From Octopus vulgaris (lineage: Eukaryota), in assembly GCA_951406725.2 (NCBI GenBank), contig OX597821.1:70184001-70248000 (forward strand): a stretch of 64,000 nucleotides of DNA, in the 5' to 3' direction. Positions within the stretch are counted from its first letter, which is position 1, and every line of letters begins with the position of its first letter. The notes beneath the pieces are model-generated. The model did no database searches and was not told where the DNA came from. It saw only the letters and a list, made by a program, of their open reading frames with translations. This document shows, piece after piece, positions 42,350 to 55,776 of this stretch. Position numbers and translations under genes: made by a program.

Positions 42350-43260
42350 GTATCTGCAAGCAATCAAGAATGAAATACAAAGAGAGCATATCAGACAGAT
42401 CGAAGAGAAACTTCTGCATGGCTAGTTTTGGAGAGCCACTGAAGACGTGTGTGTGGACCAAAATCCTCGGCTTGGTTAAAAAAAGGAGCAATTAAAATAA
42501 AGAAACAGGGAACCTAATTGTAGCAGCCCAAGATCAAGCGATACAAACAAACAACTTGAGAAAAATTAAATATGAAATAATGTGCCAGGAAAATGTAGAG
42601 CCTGTGGAACTTGGAATGTGACAGTGGCACACATTGTAGCAGAATGCCCCAAGTTGACACTGGAAGTTGGCATGACCATGCTGGCACGACCAGGCTGGCC
42701 CCAAATTGGTACGACCAGGATGTAAAAGTTTTAAACTGGAAACTGTGCCAGAAATGAAGATTTGAAGCTAGAAGAACACAGTACAATCGTTGAGTCGAAA
42801 GAATCCCGGAGTCGGAGAAATGTAAGAGTCTGTGGAACTTTCCTATTCCAATGGAGAAGAAGTTAGACAATAATAGATCGGACATAACAATTATAGATGA
42901 GGAAAAGCAAAGCTCCTTACTGATCGAACTATCATTCCAGTGTGATTGCAGGATCGTAAAGAAAGAGGACGAAAAACAAGAAAAAATACAATCCCTTAAA
43001 ATTTGAAATAACAAGTCTTTGGAGCATGCGAACTGTAAAGGGGGTACCTTTAGAGTTATTGGTGCGTTGGGAACAGGAAGCTAAGATAGAGACAAATGGC
43101 TGGAGGGGATTTGAACAGAATGCCCGGTTGAGCTCCTACAGAAAGTTTGTCTTAGAGACAGCAAGGATTATCAGGAGGGTTCTAAGCATTTGAAAGACTG
43201 CTGAAAACTTGTGAATACCCGCTACCCATAAGGAATAAGACGGAACCAGAGCCAAACCAT
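42350..43260 (+). mobile_element. R4/Dong 3' fragment ending in a (TAA/TGA)n tract
   Basis: LIVAAQDQAIQTN, VAHIVAECPKL, NNRSDITIID, VIGALG. Confidence 0.85.
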
Positions 43261-43348
43261 AATAATGATGATGATGATGACGATGATGATGATGATGATG
43301 ATGATGATGATAATGATGATGATAATGATAATGATAATGATGATGATG

Positions 43349-43406
<58 letters not shown>

Positions 43407-43486
43407 TAATAATAATGATGACGATGATGATGATGATGATGATGATGATAATGATAATGATAATGATAATGATGATGATGATGATG

Positions 43487-43529
<43 letters not shown>

Positions 43530-43597
43530 TGATGATGATGATAATGATGATGATAATGATGATGATAATGATAATGATAATGATGATGATAATAAAG

Positions 43598-43664
<67 letters not shown>

Positions 43665-43697
43665 CGACGACGACGACAACAACAATAACAATAATAA
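43260..43697. repeat. Compound (TGA)n/(TAA)n microsatellite
   Basis: About 440 bp of trinucleotide repeats. Confidence 0.95.
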
Positions 43698-44680
43698 GAT
43701 GGGTTACCGATATGGGAAGAAAGGCTCATCATTGAACCATCTTCTGTTATATGGATGACGTGAAATTTTTTGAGAAATCTAAAAACCAGATATAATGCTT
43801 AACCAAAGCAGCCCAGAAGTGTGGTAGGAACGTCGGTACGGAATTTGGGATTACTAAATGCTCAGCACTTAATATGAAAAGAGGGAATAAAACATCCTGC
43901 AGAGTATTGCAGTTACCATCATGAGAGACCATGGATGAACCCGACGGTAGTGGCTATAGTTATTTAGGGATTTTGGAGATGGATGACATTCTACACAGAG
44001 AAATGAAAGTCAAGGGCGGCGTGGCGTCTCAAAAGAGGGTGAAGATGGAGTTGAAATCCAACGTGAATGCCAAACATTTGATTACCGCAATGAATAACTG
44101 GGCATTTGCGGTGGTCAGATATAGTGCGTCCATCCTCAAACTAAGGAGGAAATATCAACACTGGATAGAAGGATCAGAAAATTGATGTTGCTGCATGGAG
44201 CGCTACGCTTTGAATAAACATAAACAGACTGTATATGAAAGGAAAGAATGGTGGCAGAGGACTAATTAGTATAGACAATTGTATAAGGAGAGAAAGGAGA
44301 ACGTTTGACGATTATTCGATAAATAGTGATGAAGACCTTGAAATGAGAATGCATGGACAGTTTGAAAGAAATACACAGGACTGAGCGAGGTGATTTGAAG
44401 CGTACCACCGAAAGCCTGATCATTGCTGCACAAGACCAGGCTCTTGCTACCAATTCGGTGAAATATAACATCTATAAAACACCTAACACCCAGAAATGCA
44501 GACTCTGTGGAAAGAATGTGGAGAATAGGACCCACTTGTTAAGTGAATCTGAGAGCCTTGCGCAAAAAGAATGCAATCGCCGCCACGGTAAAGTTTGTGT
44601 GCATCTTCATTGGCTCTTACGCTGTAAATAGTAATAAGGAGTAACAGAAAACTGGTATGAGCATGTACCATGTAAAGTTA
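43698..44680 (+). mobile_element. Second R4/Dong fragment (RT thumb to CCHC)
   Basis: NHLL.MDDVK, FGITKC, YSYLGILE, GGRGL, TESLIIAAQDQAL, KCRLCG..E...HL, WYEHVP. Confidence 0.85.
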
Positions 44681-45400
44681 TGCTGATGTCTTTTGTTCCT
44701 CTGTAGGTGGTGGTGGTGTGTTTTCTGAAGCCCTCTCTGCTTCCTTTCCTTGGAGTTTCTTCTCGGAGTTGCTTTTGTTGTTGGGTGTTCCTTCTGTAGT
44801 TGGGGTTGCTGCAGTTGTTGTGGTGTGGATGGTGCTTGTATCAAGAGGGTGGTGCCCTCCTTCTGTTTTAGCTGTGGGCAGAAGACTTTCAGGTAGTTAT
44901 TCTGTCCGCATTGATAACATGTTCGTCTTCTGCCCTCAACTGTGACATTCAACATAGTGCCATCTGGAAGGCTGAGCTTGGCAGGAATTTGTTCCAAAAC
45001 GTCTTGGTTTATTTGGATCATTATTTGCAATTCTTGATTTGCAATTCCTGACCAGTTCAATTGTTTTTTTCTTGTTTCTCGACTTCGATGATTCTGTTTT
45101 TATCTTCCAAGTCGTGGAGGACGGCTTCGGTAATCCAGCAAGTGTTCATTTCTGGTGATATCTCCATGCATTTTTTTTTATCTCGGCGACGCGCCGTCCC
45201 AAGTATTTTGGAACAAGGACAAATTCACTGTTTCTCAGCTGGGCTGTTGAGTGCTGTTTTACTACGTTTTCTATAGCAAACATGACTTCAATTATACCAT
45301 ATTTCTTACCCCTAAACAGATAGTTACGTCTTGCCAAATGGGTTGCAAGCATGTGCCAAATGCTTGCTCTGTGGCAGTTCCTAAACATCTATTTTTTAAA
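44681..45400 (-). mobile_element. LINE ORF1 (gag-like) fragment with zinc knuckle, Tx1/L1-like
   Basis: LNVTVEGRRRTCYQCGQNNYLKVFCP. Confidence 0.65.
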
Positions 45401-45729
45401 GATATAGTTTTGTACACTTATGGTACGATTGTTTGTATTATCTATGATATTTATGTTTGTATTAGCTATAAGGAGTACTCCGTCGGTTACGACGACGAGG
45501 GTTCCAGCTGTTACGATCAACGGAACAGCCTGCTCGTGGTCACTTGAACCACTTCAGGCATCCTGACTGGGCCAACAAGTCTGTCCCCACTCAGACTAGC
45601 CAACATGACTCCTCTACCCTGTTGTTGATGTCGTAAACGTTGGTGGTGCTCATCTCCAAAAGAGACCCAACCGTTTTATTCCTTACTCCAGCTGCTGTAG
45701 TCAACTCGAGTTTCTTGAGAACATTACCC

Positions 45730-46995
45730 AAATCACTGATCGCGGATCCTGGGTGGATGCTGTTTACCTGGACTTTGCTAAGGCTTTTAACTCTGTGCCA
45801 CACAAAAGACTTATGGTGAAACTCTCTGCGTTGGGTGTAAAAGACGATCTCTATAACTGGTTGAAGTCCTTTATTATCGGCCGAAAAGAGGTTGTCACAG
45901 TTCTAGGACAGCACTCTTCACCCTATGAGATGACATCTGGTATACTACAGGGATCTGTTCTTGGCCCCCTTTTATTTGTTGCATATGTTAATGACATAGA
46001 TGCCAACTTAAAGAATGCCACAGTGCTGAAATATGCAGATGACATCAAGCTGTACCGCGAAATAAAGAGGTCAGATCTTGTACACTATAGATCTCTATTG
46101 CAATCAGACTTCGACACAATGCAGCAGTGGATCATGGACTGGCAACTCAAACTGGCTGTGGACAAATGTACCACCATGCATTTTGGGAGGAAGAACCCAG
46201 CGTCTACTTACTCCCTCCACAACATTAATCTCAAAAAGTCTTCGTGTGAGCGTGACCTGGGCGTTATTGTCGACATCGATTTGCGTTGGACTAAACACAT
46301 CACTAAAATTGCCAAGAAGGCTGAGGGTGTCTTGGCATCACTCACCAAGTCTTTTGTGAGCCGCTCTCCGGCTAACTATCTGCGGCTTTATATAGCTATG
46401 GTACGACCTCACCTGGAATTTGCATCACCGGTCTGGAACCCCTATCTTGCCCAGGATATTAATCGTCTGGAAGCCGTTCAGCGACGTGCAACCAAGAGAA
46501 TACCCTCCATCAGGCATCTGCCATACTCTGAACGCCTTACTTCCCCGGGCATGGACACATTGAAACTCTGACGTCTGGCAGCTGACTTGGCAGACATCCA
46601 TCAAATTATTAACCATCTTACAAACAATAACTCTGAGCACCTTTTCAAACTCCACCTGTCTAACACCCGTGGATATGTTTACAAAGTCAGAAAACAGCAC
46701 AGCTCCCATGACGTTCGGAAACATTTTTTCACGCTAAGAGTTGCTGAAGCATGGAACAAACTGTCGGCATCAGTTGTTAGTTGTCGGAGCATTGCATCCT
46801 TTAAAACTTCCATGCTTCCTGAGATTCGCCAACACTACACCTGATTTTCTCCCCTCCATACACGCAAGCATGTATCTGACTCACACACTGTTCGCTTTCC
46901 AGACATTTGTACATTACTGCATATACTTTATACGCACTTTTTGACAAGTTGTGGTGCACCTGAGCACTGTATACAATAATTTCATTATTATATTA
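45730..46995 (+). mobile_element. CR1-clade LINE 3' half (RT domain, ORF 45753-46571, plus 3' UTR)
   Basis: AVYLDFAKAF, SGILQGSVLGPLLF, YADDIKL, RDLGV, VRPHLEFA..VWNP; (ATT)n tail. Confidence 0.92.
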
Positions 46996-47002
46996 TTATA
47001 TA

Positions 47003-47121
47003 TATACCGAGAAAAAAATAAGCTGAAGCTTAAGAGATATACAAACAGACAAACAGATAAATAAATAGATAGGCAAAGAGATTATAAATGAACAAACGGT
47101 ATGGCGGAAGAGAAGGAAAAA

Positions 47122-47156
<35 letters not shown>

Positions 47157-47235
47157 CAAAATGGGACAAGAACGCAAAACATTCAGATAGACTACACAAA
47201 AAACGGACGGGTCATTCGAAGCCTCTAATCTTCGT

Positions 47236-47292
<57 letters not shown>

Positions 47293-47472
47293 CATGTATA
47301 TTCATTATGTATAGATTACAAATATAAAGATGTGTGTGTATAGGCTTGTGTGAGTGCGCGCGAGTATTAGTATGTAACATCATGTGATTACGGCCAGTAT
47401 GTAATGTCCAGTATTGAAGACAGGACAAAAACCGGTTTTATATTTTAAGACTTAACAAACAAACACACACAC

Positions 47473-47518
<46 letters not shown>

Positions 47519-47968
47519 ATATATATATATTATACAGAGAGAGAGAGAGAGATACACACATACATACATGCATATATTTGTATGTATCTTTCTTTCTGTG
47601 TGTGTATATGTGTGCGAAGCTGAGTTTGCATATGTCTCTAAGTGTATTGGTCTCTCTGTGTATGTGTCTGCGTTGACTGATGTTTACTCCAAACTCTGAG
47701 ATGCTCCAGGGAGTCAGTCACATAATTACATACTTATTTTCTTTCTAGGCTTCACTTCTATCACATCTATTCCTATTTCCAAGCCTCCCCCTCTTTCCTT
47801 CCACCTTCTCCTCTTCCCATTCTTCCTCACCCCTCCTCCATTCTTTCTCATTCTCTTCCGCCATACCGTTTGTTCATTTATTATCTCTCTTTGCTCATCT
47901 ATTTATTTATCTGTTTGTCTGTTTGTATATCTCTTAAGTTTCAGCTTATTTTTTTCTCTCTCGGTATA
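47003..47968. repeat. ~110-bp inverted duplication (47003-47113 / 47851-47968)
   Basis: ...aaatgaacaaacggtatggcggaagagaa versus ttctcttccgccataccgtttgttcattta... Confidence 0.85.
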
Positions 47969-48308
47969 TGTGTGTACGTGTGTATGTGTGTGTACGTGTG
48001 TGTATGTGTGTGTGTGTGTGTTATGACCAGAGTTAAGCGATTGATTATTTCCCTTCATAAGGTCCAACTCTTTCTTCTCCTCCTCTTCTCACACAAACCC
48101 CACAGCAGCAGCAGCAGCAATACATTTTGTCGATATAAACAATGCCTCAGACCATCCCATAATTGGTAAGTAATAGTCTCCTTTCTCTTCCCCCTTCTCT
48201 CTCTCACCATATGCGCGCGTGCGTTTGTGTGTGTGTGTGTGTGTGTGTATACTATGCACACACACACACACACATATATGAATGCGCATATTTGTGCATA
48301 TGCATTTA

Positions 48309-48432
<124 letters not shown>

Positions 48433-48453
48433 AGAGAGATATAGAGAGAGAGA

Positions 48454-49023
48454 GAGTAATGCCTCACTTTACGAGGATTCGCTTTATGAGAACCCGAGTT
48501 TACGATTTTTATTTTTCAAGCACAAGATCCAAATTTTGAAAGACGTGCAAAACTTTCGGCTAACATAACAAATGCTTCTGTGTGTCGCCGAGACATTTAT
48601 TGAGAGCGACAAAAACCTTCTTCTAAACTAACAAATCTAGACTTATTTAAAAAAAAGAAATCTACAAGTGCGTCTACGAGTGCTTGTGAATCGGCGATCG
48701 CGTCTACTGATGATAACGTGCGAGTGTCTTGTGCTAGGGAAAGGGATTAAAAAAAAAAACAGGGCTATAATAATGATATTTTTTTTATTACAAATCATCT
48801 TGACATGCTTTTTACTTTACAAAAACTGTCCTTCACATTCTGCTGTTGTTTTATTTTCATTTATTTACGAGTATAATAAACTTTACTTGTTAAATATTTT
48901 TCTGGGAACGAATAATATAATTTATAACATTGCTACTATGGGAAGTTTTTGCTCTGATGTACAAGTTTTCGTTTTAGGAGAGATCTCCGAGAACAAATTA
49001 GCTTGTATATCGGGATATTACTG
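48454..49023. mobile_element. pogo/Tigger-like MITE (old)
   Basis: Degenerate TIRs agtaatgcctc / cgggatattactg with subterminal ttacga repeats. Confidence 0.55.
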
Positions 49024-49104
49024 CATATATATATAGATATATACATATTCCGAATGAGATAAAAAAAACCAAGGCAGTGAAGATTTTAGATCATTTATAA
49101 ATAG

Positions 49105-49152
49105 GTCTTACAGCTGTTTCCAGGATATTTATTATATCCCTTTATCGGAGAC
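49105..49152 (-). ncRNA. Family-A HHR-like motif, copy 2
   Basis: Reverse complement of 3959-4006; the element spans about 49045-49265. Confidence 0.6.
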
Positions 49153-49692
49153 GGTGTGAGAGGATGGTTAAGCAATATTTAAATTTAGATAAGATACGAA
49201 ATAGAGAGTGAAGTGGAGGAATGAAAATAGATGTGAGATATGCAGGGATATTGCATTTGTATATCTAGAGCCGCATTTCTAACCACATAATGTCACACAT
49301 TCCCACACACATAAATAGACACAGACACACGTGTGTGTGAGTGTGTGTATTTATGTGTGTGTGCATGTACGTGTGAAGGTGTGTGTGAAGGTGTGCGCAT
49401 GTGTATGTGCGTGTGCGTATGCGTGTGCGCGTATGTGTGTGTGTGTATGTGTGTGTGTGTACGAACACTACATTTTGTAGACTGATTTGCGGCCATGCAG
49501 GGGTTTAGCTTTCAAGGTCAAGGAGATTATTTGAAACCAGAACAAAGGAACCGATATAGCACGTCTACTTAAATATGAAAAGAAAAAAAAAACCCGCAAC
49601 TATGTACGTATAAGATTCCAGTCCCTTGTGAGTAAATTCCACAAGGTATTGGAATCTTATATGTATACCATTCTGCCTAAATAATGGATTTT

Positions 49693-49757
<65 letters not shown>

Positions 49758-49773
49758 CACACATACATATGTT

Positions 49774-51042
49774 CGAGAGGGGTACCCAAAAGTAACCGGA
49801 AACGTTCTCTGTGGGACAAGCTCGTTGTAGCCCAGGCTTCCACTGCTTGAAGCCACTTGATGCGACCCTCAGGCTTCAATCTGCCATCCGGCGTTGTCAT
49901 GTGGTTTTTGTTTTGCAGTTATTCTCCCTTGTTCGTCGACTTTTGCGATGGCCGAAACGAAGGGACAGAGTGTGCTTCCGTGAAACTTTGTTTTGTGCTG
50001 GAGAAAATGACGGCCGAAACAGTTGTCATGATTCAAAGAGCTTACAAGGACGCTGCCATGCGCAAAACACAAGTTTATAGTGGCTTCCACACTTCATAAA
50101 TGGTCACGTGTCCCTTGAAAACCAACCTCGTCCAGGGCAACCATCGACGTCCCGAACGAATGAAAACATCACGAAAATTCATGCACTGATCTTGGAGGAC
50201 CGTCGCCGAACAATTGATGAACTTATTGACATGACTGGGGAGTCCTGGAAATCCTGCCAACAAATTTTGAACAAGGAATTGTGACTGAAATGAGTTGCAG
50301 CAAAATGGGTGTCTCGTTTGCTCACGGAAGATGAAAATCAATGAGGACTGAATGCGTGTCGTGAACTGAAAGAACAGTTGGAAGTCGATCCGAACTTCTT
50401 TTTAAAAGTCACTGGTGGCGAAAGTTGGTGCTATGGCTCCGACCCGGAAACGAAGCAGCAATCAAGTCAATGGAAGCATTCAATATCACTATACCCCTCC
50501 AAAAGCGCACCAAGTGAAGTCCAATGTTAAAACGATGCTGTTTTGTTTCATCGATGCGAAAGGAAATGTCCACACAGTATTTATTGTTTTTGGGGAGGTC
50601 TGAAGCGTTTGCGAGACTCGGTGAAACGAAGACGTCCCGACCGTGGCAAACTGGAGAGTGGTGGTTTCATCACGACAATGCTCCTTCGCACACCGCCTTG
50701 GATGTGAGACAGTTTTTTTTTTTAATCAGAAATGGCATCATCCCCATTTACTTATAATTCACCCGATCTTGTTCCTTGCAACTTTTTTTGTTCCCCTGAA
50801 TGAACAAAGTCCTTAATGGAAAACGTTTTGCAGACGTGGAAGAGGTGAAGAACTAAACGGCTGAGGCACTAAAAGAATTCACTTTGCAACAGTTCTAGGA
50901 CTGCTCCGAATAGTGGAAAAGGCACCTGGGCCGACGCATTGCTTCAAATGGAGAATACTTCGAAGGCGATAAAAGTGTAAGCATGTAAAACTAAGTGAAT
51001 AAAAGAATATGGTAGAATTCTGGTTTCTTTTGGGTTCTCCCG
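49774..51042 (+). mobile_element. Near-full-length decayed mariner transposon
   Basis: TIRs ggggtacccaaaagtaaccgg / ctggtttcttttgggttctcccg; AETVVMIQRAYKD, RPGQPSTS, VTGGESWCYG.DPETK, WFHHDNAPSH, SPDLVPCNFFLFP. Confidence 0.92.
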
Positions 51043-51084
51043 TATATATACATTATATATGTGTGTGTTTATATACACATATTG

Positions 51085-51151
<67 letters not shown>

Positions 51152-51155
<4 letters not shown>

Positions 51156-51264
51156 CAAAGATATTACAATTAATAGATAATAACAAGCAGGGTACTAGGT
51201 AGCACCCACATACAAAGATATTACAATTAATAGATAATAACAAGCAGGGTACTAGGTAGCACCC
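51152..51264 (+). repeat. 57-bp tandem duplication
   Basis: catacaaagatattacaattaatagataataacaagcagggtactaggtagcacc twice. Confidence 0.9.
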
Positions 51265-51454
51265 GCTTTACTAGAAATAGGAGTTAAAACGATTCAAAAA
51301 CCACAGTTGTCACTGATACACACTAGAGAGTTCGAGAGAAAATGCAAATAGTAAAAACTAACTTACATGGTTTTTGAGCCGTCTTGGATTTCTAGCAAAG
51401 CTGTGCTTGCTACCCATTTATATTATTATCATTTATTAATAAAAATTAGGCTTA

Positions 51455-51605
51455 CGAGAAAGTGATGGCCTCCCTTTGCAAATACCATAAGGGCACAGAT
51501 AGTGTGCCTAAAGCCAGTTGGAGACGATGATCTCCTGAGGCTAAAAAGCTACAGTAACACCCCCCTTTGTGGTTAGCCATATTGAGATGGCTATTATACT
51601 TTACA
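51455..51605 (+). mobile_element. Dispersed partial copy of the 354-bp unit
   Basis: ccctttgcaaataccataagggcacag...ggttagccatattgagatggcta matches about 33870-34000. Confidence 0.85.
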
Positions 51606-52282
51606 ATATCTTTGTATATTCTTATAATTTTATTCATTTCGATCGTTTTTTGAAATTTGCGGCTATATTGAAAATGGTCTGTACAAACATGGTAATGCGA
51701 ATATTTTTAGCCCTCGGTAATGAGGACTGCGCTTATGCACCCCCATACCCACAGATTATATTTTATACAGGTAGAATAGTTAGTGGGCTGTTATGCAGAT
51801 AGATGTATGTTTGCGTGTGTGTGTGTGTGTAAGTGTGTGTGTATGTAGCCATATGGAAATGAAAGTAAACAGATAGACGTACAGACGGATAGGTACATAG
51901 GTTGTATGAACAGCCACATCCACAAATTAAGACTGAAACACCTGACCATATAGACACACACACTTCACTTCTCACAAGGACACATATGGAGACACACGTC
52001 TACACATATGGCGATATACAGGCATACATACCGACACAGTACATAGTCACAAACACACTCAGACATGCACACACAAGGAGGCAGAGGTACACACTCACAC
52101 ACATGCAAACACACACACACAAACACATGAATATGCAGAATACATACATACAAACGTATACACGTATATATATAATAAATTCAGGGTGAATACTTGATAA
52201 ATGTAAGCACCTGTATATGCCAGCTAGTGGTATAGGTGATAGGATATATGTATCAAAAGAAAAACAGGACGCAAAGGATTTT

Positions 52283-52369
52283 GCGGTACATATGTTTCGG
52301 GCTTTATTGAACAACTTATATCAATGCATAATTGATATAACAGGTAGATCGAAAGCCTTCTTCAGCCGC
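52283..52369 (-). ncRNA. Hammerhead ribozyme, inverted copy
   Basis: Reverse complement of 52498-52584. Confidence 0.8.
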
Positions 52370-52497
52370 GTACAATTACCACACCAAAGACATGTATCAC
52401 ATTATAACAGGTTTGAGAAAAAGTTTGGGAATAAAACTCGGTTTTTTCCCACAAACCTGCTATAATGTGATACATGTCTTTGGTGTGGTAATTGTAC

Positions 52498-52584
52498 GCG
52501 GCTGAAGAAGGCTTTCGATCTACCTGTTATGTCAATTATGCATTGATATAAGTTGTTCAATAAAGCCCGAAACATATGTACCGC
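52498..52584 (+). ncRNA. Hammerhead ribozyme, canonical core, extended stem II
   Basis: gcgg-CTGAAGA-aggcttt...(ttatgtcaat/tatgc/attgatataa)...aaagccc-GAAA-catatg-TA-ccgc. Confidence 0.85.
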
Positions 52585-53013
52585 AAAATCCTTTGTGTCC
52601 TGTTTTTCTTTTGATACATATATATATATATATATATACTCGCACACACATACATGCATACACTCACATGCATACATACATATATACATACATACATACA
52701 TACATACATACATACATACATACATACATACATACATACATACATACAGGCATGTGTATGCGCACACACATGCGCACAAACGAACAAAAAGAACGCAATT
52801 TGAATAACGGACAGTCAACAACTATTAAAAAGGTTGCAAGACGCAACGAAATTTTTTTTTAATAAATAAGTAAATGAGTGGAAATCTTACCGGTGACTGT
52901 GTTAAATTATAAGGCCCTAAACGAGAATAACTCTCCCCAGACACAACAGATCATGCTTCAACACACGAACTCATATAAAGAATCTAGCAAAACAAATCTC
53001 AAAACGATATATA

Positions 53014-53098
<85 letters not shown>

Positions 53099-53181
53099 AT
53101 TGGTAGAAATGGCAAGACAACTAAAGAATGAAAGAGACCTCGATATTATGTAAATAGAGGAATTTATTATTCGGTAGCCTT

Positions 53182-53241
53182 GATAAAACTCCGAGTTTCG
53201 GATGTCGGGGTAGAAACTCACGCCACACCTCTTCAGTTATC
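53182..53241 (-). ncRNA. Family-B hammerhead ribozyme, inverted copy
   Basis: Left arm of the hairpin 53166-53371. Confidence 0.7.
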
Positions 53242-53294
53242 GGCCCATCGAAAAGAATTGCTATGCATTTTCATAGCATTTTTTACGATGGACC

Positions 53295-53354
53295 GATAAC
53301 TGAAGAGATGACGGCGTGGGTTCCGCCCCGACATCCGAAACTCGGAGTTTTATC
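53295..53354 (+). ncRNA. Family-B hammerhead ribozyme
   Basis: gataa-CTGAAGA-gatg..ggcg/tgggttc/cgcc..catcc-GAAA-ctcggag-TT-ttatc. Confidence 0.75.
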
Positions 53355-53535
53355 ATGGATACCGAATAATTGTCACATATTATATATATATATATATATA
53401 TTACCATTTTGCCTAAATAATGGAACTTCAGATACAATATCCATGCATATCTCACGTCTATTTTCATTTTTTCTCTCCATTCTCTATTTCAAATCTTATC
53501 TAGAATTTACTATTGCTTAACCATCTTCTCACACC

Positions 53536-53583
53536 GTCTCCGATTAAGAGATATGTAAAATATCCCGGAAACAGCTGTAAGAC
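53536..53583 (+). ncRNA. Family-A HHR-like motif, copy 3
   Basis: gtct-CCGATTA-agagatat..atatcccg-GAAA-cagctg-TA-agac; the element spans about 53400-53645. Confidence 0.55.
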
Positions 53584-53715
53584 CTTCTCTTTATAAATGT
53601 CCTGAAATCTTTCACAGCCTGGGATTTCTTTTTATCTCATTCTGTTTATACATATATATATGATAAGAATTACTTTTCACTAATATATCTATATATATAT
53701 ATATACACACACACA

Positions 53716-54574
53716 CAGGGCGCAATGGGTAAATTGTCGCCATCTCATATTTTTAACTTGCACATGCACATTCTTTTTGATGTTGTCGACTACACAGTAT
53801 AGTAGGGTCAGTTGGACGCCGTCTGTGAGAAAACCAGCACCATGACGCAATTCACTCTGCCAGAAATTTGAAAATGACATGCTGTACTGCTTGGCATTCG
53901 CGCCGGAAGCTCCAATACGAGCATTTTAGAACGTTTAGGTGTCAGTCGTAGGACAGTGCAATCTGAGGACATGTACCAAAAGTGATAACAATCAAACATC
54001 CAGTCAACATCATAGTGTTTGGAGTAATCACTAGTGATGGCGACGTTATACTTCCATTTATCTTACTACACAGCTTCACACTTAACAGGCGTACATCAAG
54101 TGCCTGGAGGAAGTAGTGCTGCCCGGGTCAACAGGATGGCTTCTGGAAGACTTTATGTCAGACACCAGGACACTGCACCATGCCACACAAGCAGGAGAAC
54201 CCAGTCATGGTTGACAATTTCTGCAACCACATCCCGCCTAACATCTGGCTACCTAACTCTCCAGACTGCAACCCCTTATTATGTGTGGGACGCAATTGAG
54301 CGACAAACCAGTAAAACGTCTTGTAACATCAAAGATGACCTGAAAGCAAGGATTATAGCAGCACTCGCCAACTTAAACAAGGAGACCGCCCAGAAATGTT
54401 GCAGGAGATTCCAAAGTCGTCTGGAGGCCGAGGTTGAAGCCAATGGCGAATTTTAATGAACAAATTTACTCTTTAGTATTTCAAGATATTTTAATGTAAT
54501 TCTGGCAAATATATCTGTTAATATGAGATGTAATTTTTGCGTAATTTGGATGACAGTTTATTCACCGCATCCTA
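53716..54574 (+). mobile_element. Deleted Tc1/mariner-superfamily transposon
   Basis: TIRs cagggcgcaatgggtaaattgtc / gacagtttattcaccgcatccta; HQDTAPCHTS and WLPNSPDCNP remnants. Confidence 0.8.
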
Positions 54575-54688
54575 TATATCGATATATATGAGAGATTCTG
54601 TCCACACGTTTGTTTGTTCGGTTGTTTGTCCACCTTAACGAAAGTAAATGGTTCAAGATAGCTATTATGCTGTTTTGTATCTCATATT

Positions 54689-54937
54689 ATGCTATTGCCT
54701 AATTTGTTTGACCAAAAATTATGCAATGGTACAACACTAATTGTGCATAAAACTTTGAGGAACTGCATTAAGGCAAATATTCTCACTGGTCGTGGTAAAT
54801 GCGACACCGCCTTCATTCTTCGCATGCCATTTAATGTTCCATTCTATTTTAAGACGTTACAGTTTCCCATCCCACCTGCTTTTGCCATGAGCATTAATAA
54901 AAGTCAGAGGCAAACACTAAAAATTACTGGGTTGTAA
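54689..54937 (+). mobile_element. Helitron Pif1-like helicase remnant
   Basis: LCNGT.L...ILTG...QFPI..AFAMSINKSQ.QTL. Confidence 0.85.
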
Positions 54938-55046
54938 CTGGAAGAACAAACAAAAGTTCGTATACGAAATCCATCTTTTTTCTACTTCAATTATTACATG
55001 TTTTTCTCTTATATAACACACACACACACACACGCACACGCGCACG

Positions 55047-55081
<35 letters not shown>

Positions 55082-55521
55082 CACGAGAAAACCTAAATCT
55101 ATTGTCGTAGTTTCACTCTGGTTCAGATTCGAAACTGAATCTTTCAATTCTCCTTGGGCATACGGCCTATTTAAATGTCAAAAGAAACTGTGACAAATGG
55201 GTCTTCACTTCACATGTGGCCTTCTCAGTGCCTTCTCAATGGGACAAGTTAATTCGGCTGCGAAACTTGGAGCCCAAATCAAAATTCTATAACTTATACG
55301 TCTCTCATTCCTTCATCCTTTTTGTTTTTCTTTCTTTCTTTCCTTCTCTCTCTTTCTGTCTTCTCGTTCTCTCTCTCTACATATATATATATGTGTGTGT
55401 ATGTGTGTCTGTGTGTGTGTGCGTGTGTGTGTTTGTATGTGTGCATAGAGAGAAGGAAGAGAAAGGCAAAGTAGAAGGGTCGAAGAAATAGGAAAGAAAT
55501 AGTAGGAAAAGACATGTATAC

Positions 55522-55633
<112 letters not shown>

Positions 55634-55639
55634 CTATAT

Positions 55640-55776
<137 letters not shown>

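Larger units (their letters stand above)
52244..52625. repeat. ~175-bp-arm hairpin with a complete HHR in each arm
   Basis: Left arm about 52244-52420, right arm about 52443-52625; abuts (TA)n. Confidence 0.92.

Noticed and set aside
45753-46571. Functional or domesticated RT gene
   Set aside because: 5'-truncated CR1 with an in-frame stop at 46569 and a normal LINE tail.
54689-54937. Host PIF1 helicase exon
   Set aside because: Degenerate motifs and deletions are typical of a Helitron remnant.
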